From contig CAZQUN010000004.1 of NCBI GenBank assembly GCA_964596615.1, positions 432-64,431 on the forward strand: a DNA stretch of 64,000 bases, written 5' to 3'. The translations under genes and the position numbers were made by a program. Below the pieces are notes generated by a model. It did not search any database, was not told the DNA's origin, and saw only the letters and a program-made list of their open reading frames with translations. This stretch comes from an uncultured Candidatus Saccharibacteria bacterium (GTDB lineage: Bacteria > Patescibacteriota > Minisyncoccia > Portnoybacterales > UBA2143). Positions 58,022-64,000 of the stretch are shown one piece after another. The first letter of the stretch is position 1. Every line of letters starts with the position of its first letter.

Positions 58022-60757
58022 TTAATTTATATTATCTCCACATCTTGATTCTTCAACAGGTTGGATAACCCCATCATTATTGAGGTCGCAATCTAATTGC
58101 CCATTAATGCAATCCTCCGAACAATTCTGAGAAGTTTCGGGACCTTGGCAGACGCCGTCACCACATCCGTTCTGTGGGAGAGGTTGAGGGGTCTCTCCAT
58201 CACAATCTTGTGGACAGTTAGCTGATGTCTCGGGTCCCTGGCATGTCCCGTCGCCGCATTTGCCATTGCCATTTGGTTGTGGCTGTGGTGGTTGAAATGA
58301 TTCTTCTTGACAGTCCTCTGGACAAACCAGGTGTGTTTCAGACCCAGAGCATACCCCGTCTCCACATTCAGTAATTGCAATGTCAGTCATTTCTGGAAGA
58401 TTATCAAAGATATCTCCTGATGAAACAGGCGGTTCATATCTGCCAATATAGTAATCATAAAGGTCAAATTCATAAGGCGGTGGAGCATCAGCATAAGTTA
58501 GAAATAGATAGAAGGTATTGTCTAGTAATAAAAGCGCAGGATTTGAATCATGACCACTTGTGGCAGCGCCACCACCGATATTACGTGGTTTTACCCATTG
58601 ATTATCCTCTAAAAAGGTGTAATAAATATCCCAATCACCGGCAAACTCAAGGTCAGAATACGATGATCCAGCGTTGTTTGCCCCGTTGTAGAAGATTACT
58701 TTTCCATCCGATGAAATCTCTGTATTATCTTCAAATGTACCAATTGTATTATATTTGAAGAATTTGGCTTCATCAAAGACAAACTGGCTGCCATCATAAG
58801 TGAAAACATTAAACCAAATATTTTCATCCTTTGGTTCTAAGTAGGCCTCATATTGAGGATAAGCATTTTTATGAGCTTGATTGGATGTTAGCGGCTGCTG
58901 CTGCTTCCATCCTACAGAATAAAAAATTATTCCTTTGCCTTTAGCATCATCAAAATAAACAGTTGGTCCGATTTCACCATCTGCAGTATTCACTTTTTGA
59001 CCTAAATTCAAAGGCTGACCAAAAGTACCATCTGAATTTCTAAACGAAACATATAAATCAGTTGAACCGTATGCTTGTTCCGGATAAAAACTTCCAGTAG
59101 AAGCAAGAAACATTACTTCTTTTCCGTATAATTTTGTGACAAAATTCCCCACATCTTCTGATTTTGAAGTGTCGATTTCATTGCCATTATTATCTTTAAA
59201 TATTACACGACTGGGCGCACTCCAGTTGTCTTCAATAGAATCTCTTGAGGCAGTGTATATAGATTTAGTTCCCCCCTGGTCTTCGTAACGGCTGTAGAAA
59301 TAAAGCTCTAATCCATCTCTAGAAATACCCGGAGCTTTTTGGGTCCTATCGTCAGTGTTAATATTTACATATTTTTCATCAGAGATGCTTTGAGAGTCAT
59401 TTAATTCAGGGAAAATAACAGACCCTGATGTGGGTTCTCCGGAAGTTGATTCTTCTGTTATGCCGTCATGGCCCTTTATATAATAAACTTCTCGGTTTCC
59501 ATCTTTGTCGTCTTCAAAAATAAGATGGATTATTCCTTCTCCATCAACTGCAGCGTGGGGCGAAGTCAAAAGATTCTTCTGATTTAGATTAACCAAAGTA
59601 ACTATTTCGCTCCAATTCTGGCCTTTGTCCAAGGAATAACGATAAAGAATTTTATTATTGCTGACTTCATCATTCATCCAAAAGGCATGCAGGCCTGTCT
59701 CTTGGCCATAAACAATAATCGGCTGACTTGAATTATTATCCCCTTCGCTCAATTTCATCTGGTTTCCCCAGCTCTTGCCATTATCGCTAGAATTCAAATA
59801 GTGAACCTCTAAGTCGGTTTTATACTCTTTGCCGACTAATGTTTTTGTCCCAATAAGTAATATAGTATGTAATCTCCCTTCTTCATCAATAGTAATAGTT
59901 GGCAGGCCGTTTGCCTGGCTGGTTGATTCGTTTAAGATCTTGACTGGATTAGTCCAGCTCAGACCATAATCAGCCGAGTTAATATAATAGGCATCACCAT
60001 CGCCTTCGCAGAAATAGTATGCTATATGAAGCGTCAGATTTTCATCAATGAGCAAATTTGGTCTTTCCGGCATCTGAGAATCACAGGTGACAATGGCCTT
60101 AGTTTCTTTCCATGAGTTGCCCTTATCAGATGAATGGCTGAAATATATGCTCCTAGCATCCTGTTCCTGCCAGGAAATATAGACATTATCTCCGTCAGCA
60201 GCTATATCTGCTGCCCAAGATTTACCCGAGGTGTTAGAAATTCTTACTGGCTCTTCCCAGGTCTCTCCCCCATCAGTAGAGCGAATATAATAATTTTCCT
60301 GATTTCCATCTTTATCTTCGTTCCAGGCAAGATGGACGTAATTATCTGAAACAGCTATTGAAGGCACCCATGATATCCCGGAGTTATTGGTTATTCTGAT
60401 GTCTTCTGACCAAGTATCCCCCAAATCATTTGAATATTTAAAATAGATCTCTGGATTACCGTCTCTACCATCACTAAAAGCGAGATAGATATTATTGTCT
60501 TCAATGGCTAGGTTATGGACAAAGTTAGGCCCCAGGGCTGAAACAGCACTATCTTGAGTTAACCTATTGGCTTCTGACCAGCCACCGCTTAAACCTTCTT
60601 TTTCCCGAAGAAAAAAGTACCAGATAGTTCCTGCTAAAAGAGCTAAAACTAAAGCGCTGGTTGCTAGAATTAATAATTCCCTGCCTTTCCCGCCAAAAAT
60701 ACCAGGCGCATTTATATTATTTATATTTTGTTGTATGTTTTGTTCTTCTTGGTTCAT
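58022..60757 (-). CDS. Signal-anchored surface protein with a BNR/Asp-box beta-propeller (sialidase-like fold) and three C-terminal Cys-rich modules
   Basis: 911 aa with an N-terminal TM helix and at least 6 Asp-box repeats (SNDLGDTW, STDGGETW, SSDKGNSW, SADYGLSW, SSDNGKSW, SLDKGQNW). The C-terminus has three copies of CGDGxCxGxETxxxCPxDC. Confidence 0.7.
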   Translation of the reverse strand: MNQEEQNIQQNINNINAPGIFGGKGRELLILATSALVLALLAGTIWYFFLREKEGLSGGWSEANRLTQDSAVSALGPNFVHNLAIEDNNIYLAFSDGRDGNPEIYFKYSNDLGDTWSEDIRITNNSGISWVPSIAVSDNYVHLAWNEDKDGNQENYYIRSTDGGETWEEPVRISNTSGKSWAADIAADGDNVYISWQEQDARSIYFSHSSDKGNSWKETKAIVTCDSQMPERPNLLIDENLTLHIAYYFCEGDGDAYYINSADYGLSWTNPVKILNESTSQANGLPTITIDEEGRLHTILLIGTKTLVGKEYKTDLEVHYLNSSDNGKSWGNQMKLSEGDNNSSQPIIVYGQETGLHAFWMNDEVSNNKILYRYSLDKGQNWSEIVTLVNLNQKNLLTSPHAAVDGEGIIHLIFEDDKDGNREVYYIKGHDGITEESTSGEPTSGSVIFPELNDSQSISDEKYVNINTDDRTQKAPGISRDGLELYFYSRYEDQGGTKSIYTASRDSIEDNWSAPSRVIFKDNNGNEIDTSKSEDVGNFVTKLYGKEVMFLASTGSFYPEQAYGSTDLYVSFRNSDGTFGQPLNLGQKVNTADGEIGPTVYFDDAKGKGIIFYSVGWKQQQPLTSNQAHKNAYPQYEAYLEPKDENIWFNVFTYDGSQFVFDEAKFFKYNTIGTFEDNTEISSDGKVIFYNGANNAGSSYSDLEFAGDWDIYYTFLEDNQWVKPRNIGGGAATSGHDSNPALLLLDNTFYLFLTYADAPPPYEFDLYDYYIGRYEPPVSSGDIFDNLPEMTDIAITECGDGVCSGSETHLVCPEDCQEESFQPPQPQPNGNGKCGDGTCQGPETSANCPQDCDGETPQPLPQNGCGDGVCQGPETSQNCSEDCINGQLDCDLNNDGVIQPVEESRCGDNIN
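60601..60757 (-). repeat. About 150-bp direct repeat, copy 1, encoding the shared N-terminal anchor of the two large surface proteins (copy 2 at 62671-62827)
   Basis: The two DNA segments are near-identical over about 150 bp on the same strand, with only scattered substitutions. Confidence 0.7.
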
Positions 60758-60788
60758 TTTTTTAATATTAATTATTTTAGTTTTTTTG

Positions 60789-61019
60789 TTATTTAAGATT
60801 GTATTTTCTCCTGCGATATAATTCTAAAATAGTCACTATTATTGATACACTAATCCAGGTCACAAAAAGCCAAACGGCCTTATCCATAGTCATTAACTCT
60901 TTACCCTCCTTTATATTCCACAAAACTGCGGCAAGAAAAAAACCTATACCAAACCCCAAAATGGGACCCGCTATTGAGCCTTTCTTTGTTGTCCAATTTT
61001 CTTTTAGTTTGTCAAACAT
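60789..61019 (-). CDS. Hypothetical small membrane protein
   Basis: 76 aa with 2 TM helices. Confidence 0.25.
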   Translation of the reverse strand: MFDKLKENWTTKKGSIAGPILGFGIGFFLAAVLWNIKEGKELMTMDKAVWLFVTWISVSIIVTILELYRRRKYNLK

Positions 61020-61066
61020 ATTATTTCACTTTCTTAATTTATATTTATAATTCGGCCCCTATATTC

Positions 61067-62827
61067 TCATTGACAATCCGCTGGGCATTTAGTTGCATCT
61101 TCGGGTCCAGCACAGACTCCATCACCACATTCTCCTCCTGGAAGCTGTGGAGGCGAAGGGGCAGCTCCACTACAATCCTTTGGACAATTCTGTGAAGTTT
61201 CGGGGCCTTGGCATGTTCCGTCGCCGCATTTACCATCTGGTTGTGGAGTTGGTCCTTCTTGGTCAATAATTGCCTGACAATCACTTGGAGTACAAAATAC
61301 TACTGGTCTTTGGTCAAGAGTAATCGATGATGGATTAAGAGTATCTGTGTCGCCTGTTTCAAGAAATACCCTCTGAATATTTTGTTCTGAGAAAAAGTTT
61401 GATAAATCTAGGTCCGTATCCGTGGTTTTATCAGAAAAAGCCAAGATAAACTGATAATCGCCCGACAACATTGAATAGGCACTAATCCCCTCTTTTGCAG
61501 AAATCTCTTCCTTGACAACACTATTTCTTAAATATTTATTAACCCATTCATAATAAGGATAAGCATTGTAGTCCGTATACTCTAACGGATAATTAAAAGA
61601 GGAAACGCCTGGATTCTCTACCTCCCATTCTTCATATTCTTCCAAGACGCCTCTGTAGTTTGAGAATTTAGCAATTCCTTTACTGACAAAGTTATCTGAA
61701 AGCCATTGGAGCATATCCTGTAATCTTTGTCTATTGCCTGTGTCCTTCGCTTCCCAATCATGGACATGCGAACCCCAGCCATAAGCCCAGACTTTATCAT
61801 CTTTGCTAAGCATCCAATTTAAGTATAATTCCAAAAACATTGCTTTTTGATGGTTGATGCCGACATCCAAACCTTCTATGCCAAGGTGTTTTGTAAGGCA
61901 TTCTTCTATACCGTTGGTCCAGGTGCACATGCCGTTTTCAGTGGTATAAATGCCGTATTGTGGTATGTTCAATATTTTAGCATTAAGATCTTCGCTGGTT
62001 CTTGAAGCACCAGGCCTAAAAGGATTAAACGGAGGGTGATTAAAGTATCTTACAAGCTCCTTTTCCTCTCCTCCTTCTTTCATTAAAAAGCCTAATTCTT
62101 CGATGAGTTCGTGTTTTTCAACAGTATCTTTTGGAAGATCAGAACCGTAAGCTAACATTGCATTCATGATTCCTGATTCTCCTGTGATTCCTAACGCCCG
62201 CTCAATAAGTTGCTTGACAAAATCAATATTTTCTTCAAGAAGTTGTTTTATTTCTTCTGAAGACATACGATAAGTTTCTGCCTGAGCCCATTTATTCAAC
62301 GAGCCAAGATATTCATAATTGTGAGAATGAAATCCAATTAAACCTCCACTTTGATAAAGCTCATTTATAATAGAAAAACACTTATTGTTGTGGTTGACAT
62401 CATCAAGACATAACTCTGCCCACGGTGCTACACTTAGGAATGATATTTTTGCTCCATATTGATCTGTTAAGTCCAAGAGCCATTCAAGATCATCTAGCTG
62501 AGATTGAAATATTCGTCTGTTCATTTCAAGACTAGGAGAGCCTCCAAACGCTTCGGTAAAGAAATCTGCGTGCGAGTGTATATCAAAAACTATGTTTATT
62601 TGACGTTTAGTGAGGCTTTCTTCAGATTCCCCGCTACAACTGGCGCCATTTTGATCTTGACAAGTTTCTTCCCGAAGAAAAAAGTACCAGATAGTTCCTG
62701 CCAAAAGAGCTAAAACTAAAGCGCTGGCTGCTAGAATTAATAATTCCCTGCCTTTTCCGCCAAAGATACCAGGCGTATTTGTGTTATTTATATCCTGTTG
62801 TTGTATGTTTTGTTGTTCTTGGAACAT
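61067..62827 (-). CDS. Signal-anchored surface protein with a putative metal-dependent carbohydrate esterase/deacetylase-like domain and two C-terminal Cys-rich modules
   Basis: 586 aa. Its first ~60 aa are nearly identical to the adjacent 911-aa protein. It carries FDIHSHADFF and GFHSHNYEY His motifs, and the C-terminus reads CGDGTCQGPETSQNCPKDC ... CGDGVCAGPEDATKCPADCQ. Confidence 0.5.
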   Translation of the reverse strand: MFQEQQNIQQQDINNTNTPGIFGGKGRELLILAASALVLALLAGTIWYFFLREETCQDQNGASCSGESEESLTKRQINIVFDIHSHADFFTEAFGGSPSLEMNRRIFQSQLDDLEWLLDLTDQYGAKISFLSVAPWAELCLDDVNHNNKCFSIINELYQSGGLIGFHSHNYEYLGSLNKWAQAETYRMSSEEIKQLLEENIDFVKQLIERALGITGESGIMNAMLAYGSDLPKDTVEKHELIEELGFLMKEGGEEKELVRYFNHPPFNPFRPGASRTSEDLNAKILNIPQYGIYTTENGMCTWTNGIEECLTKHLGIEGLDVGINHQKAMFLELYLNWMLSKDDKVWAYGWGSHVHDWEAKDTGNRQRLQDMLQWLSDNFVSKGIAKFSNYRGVLEEYEEWEVENPGVSSFNYPLEYTDYNAYPYYEWVNKYLRNSVVKEEISAKEGISAYSMLSGDYQFILAFSDKTTDTDLDLSNFFSEQNIQRVFLETGDTDTLNPSSITLDQRPVVFCTPSDCQAIIDQEGPTPQPDGKCGDGTCQGPETSQNCPKDCSGAAPSPPQLPGGECGDGVCAGPEDATKCPADCQ

Positions 62828-62864
62828 GTTTTTTTATTTGTTTTGTTATTTCGTCTATATTATT

Positions 62865-63254
62865 TTACCTTTTAATAAGTTTGATGGATACAACAACGAT
62901 TATTAACGATGACAATATCCAGACCAATTTTTCTACGGTATCTAAATTCAACAAATTTAAATAAAAAACCACAAGGTCAGAAAGGATCACGGTCCCCGGT
63001 AATAATAAGGCAATTTTTTCAATCTTTTTCACAAGTATAATAATCAAGATTATTATACTAAGTGGTACCATCAGTGCCGTGTTAGTTGTTGCATAAATAA
63101 ATATAATTATCATGCCAAGTCCGCCTGATGGCTCAAAACCCATCAATCCTATTAGAGTAGAAAAAATCCAAAGCAAAGATACCACGAGCATTAAAATTGG
63201 ATACCATTTAAAAATTCTTTTTTCTTCGTTCATATTATTTTCACCTCCTTTCAT
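62865..63254 (-). CDS. Hypothetical membrane protein
   Basis: 129 aa with 4 TM helices. Confidence 0.3.
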   Translation of the reverse strand: MKGGENNMNEEKRIFKWYPILMLVVSLLWIFSTLIGLMGFEPSGGLGMIIIFIYATTNTALMVPLSIIILIIILVKKIEKIALLLPGTVILSDLVVFYLNLLNLDTVEKLVWILSSLIIVVVSIKLIKR

Positions 63255-63294
63255 TTTAATTTATATTTACTTTTAGTTTATATTCTATTATTTT

Positions 63295-63936
63295 TCATTC
63301 CTCCTCAATAAAAATAGGGTTTGGACTAAGAATTAAAGTCACTTCCCCATTATTGACATTTTTAGTCTCGGTCTCAAATGCGGTATTATAATCAGTCACC
63401 TCTTCTCCTGTTTCGTATTTTGGCACCGCCCCTGCGATTTTTACTTGTTTTGAATTTAGGTCTGAAATTGTGGCTTGTGTTTCTTGGGAATTATCATTCC
63501 AGGCAACCCAGATTAATTTACCGTCAACCGTGAATTTATATAAAAAGGTGCCATTTTCGTTCTGTTTGATTGTTTTTGTTTTATCCTTGTCAAAGCCTTC
63601 AAGTTTTTCAATTATTTTTTTTGTTGAATAATATGCAAGTTTTTTCGAGTCAAGACCATTATTAAATTCTGGACTATAAACCAACCCATCATATAATCTA
63701 TATTCTTGCTCCCATTTTCTTGGCATATCTTTCTGCATTATCTGGCCATTATTGTGTATTTGGTCATAGCCAAGAGCTGATCCTACAATATATTTTTTGA
63801 TTAGATCGATTGCTTGTTCTTTTTCTGTTGCGCTAAACCCTTCTCCTCCACAAGTTTTTATTTCTGTAAACCAGCCCACATCATTATATCCAAACTTATT
63901 CAAAACATTTTTGAAATAATTCGTCCATTCAATCAT
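63295..63936 (-). CDS. Hypothetical protein
   Basis: 213 aa with no recognisable motifs. Confidence 0.3.
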   Translation of the reverse strand: MIEWTNYFKNVLNKFGYNDVGWFTEIKTCGGEGFSATEKEQAIDLIKKYIVGSALGYDQIHNNGQIMQKDMPRKWEQEYRLYDGLVYSPEFNNGLDSKKLAYYSTKKIIEKLEGFDKDKTKTIKQNENGTFLYKFTVDGKLIWVAWNDNSQETQATISDLNSKQVKIAGAVPKYETGEEVTDYNTAFETETKNVNNGEVTLILSPNPIFIEEE

Positions 63937-64000
63937 ATCAAGATACCTGTCTTTTTTTCCAGATGAGGATGGATCACCAGCACCTAAAAAATGTGGATCG

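Noticed and set aside
1-64000. CRISPR arrays, rRNA genes, IS elements or transposases
   Set aside because: No regularly spaced short direct repeats were seen. No rRNA-like conserved stretches were seen. No transposase DDE or HTH-containing ORFs and no terminal inverted repeats were seen. The only recombinase is a XerC/D-type.

Overview
This is an AT-rich window (about 35% GC by eye) with small, densely packed genes and frequent 4-bp or longer start/stop overlaps. Its gene content looks like a reduced-genome bacterium, plausibly Candidate Phyla Radiation (Patescibacteria), but that is an inference.

Most of the window is conserved core machinery:
- ribosomal proteins L10, L7/L12, L21, L27 and L9
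- a split dcw cell-wall cluster (mraZ-rsmH-ftsL-ftsI-murF at 4.9-9.5 kb and dacA-like-mraY-ftsW-murG at 36.8-41 kb)
- a dnaB-recR pair, cysS, gltX and aspS
- a grpE-hsp20-dnaK-dnaJ chaperone operon
- a dnaG-rpoD operon
- a P-type Ca2+-ATPase next to a CaCA exchanger
- an envelope glycopolymer cluster (GT2, LCP, GT2, Wzy/O-antigen-ligase-like)
- four tRNAs: Val-CAC, Glu-CUC, Lys-UUU and one tRNA-like fragment

The locus that stands out lies immediately after tRNA-Lys, at 28.9-31.8 kb. It holds a compact reverse-transcriptase gene with RT motifs 1, 2, 4 and 5(YADD). A divergent second DnaB-family replicative helicase is translationally coupled to it and overlaps it by 23 nt. Upstream is a roughly 320-nt strongly GC-rich stretch, conspicuous against the AT-rich background, that looks like a structured non-coding RNA. 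Together this resembles a retron- or defence-RT-like ncRNA-RT-effector arrangement, with a replicative-helicase paralog in the effector position. I do not recognise that pairing as a described system.

A second notable feature is a tandem family of three signal-anchored surface proteins at 57.4-62.8 kb. One is a BNR/Asp-box beta-propeller protein, one is a putative carbohydrate-esterase-like protein and one is a small Cys-rich protein. They share a C-terminal Cys-rich module (CGDGxCxGPExxxNCPxDC) and carry near-identical, recently duplicated N-terminal anchor segments.

No CRISPR array, rRNA or obvious transposase was seen.
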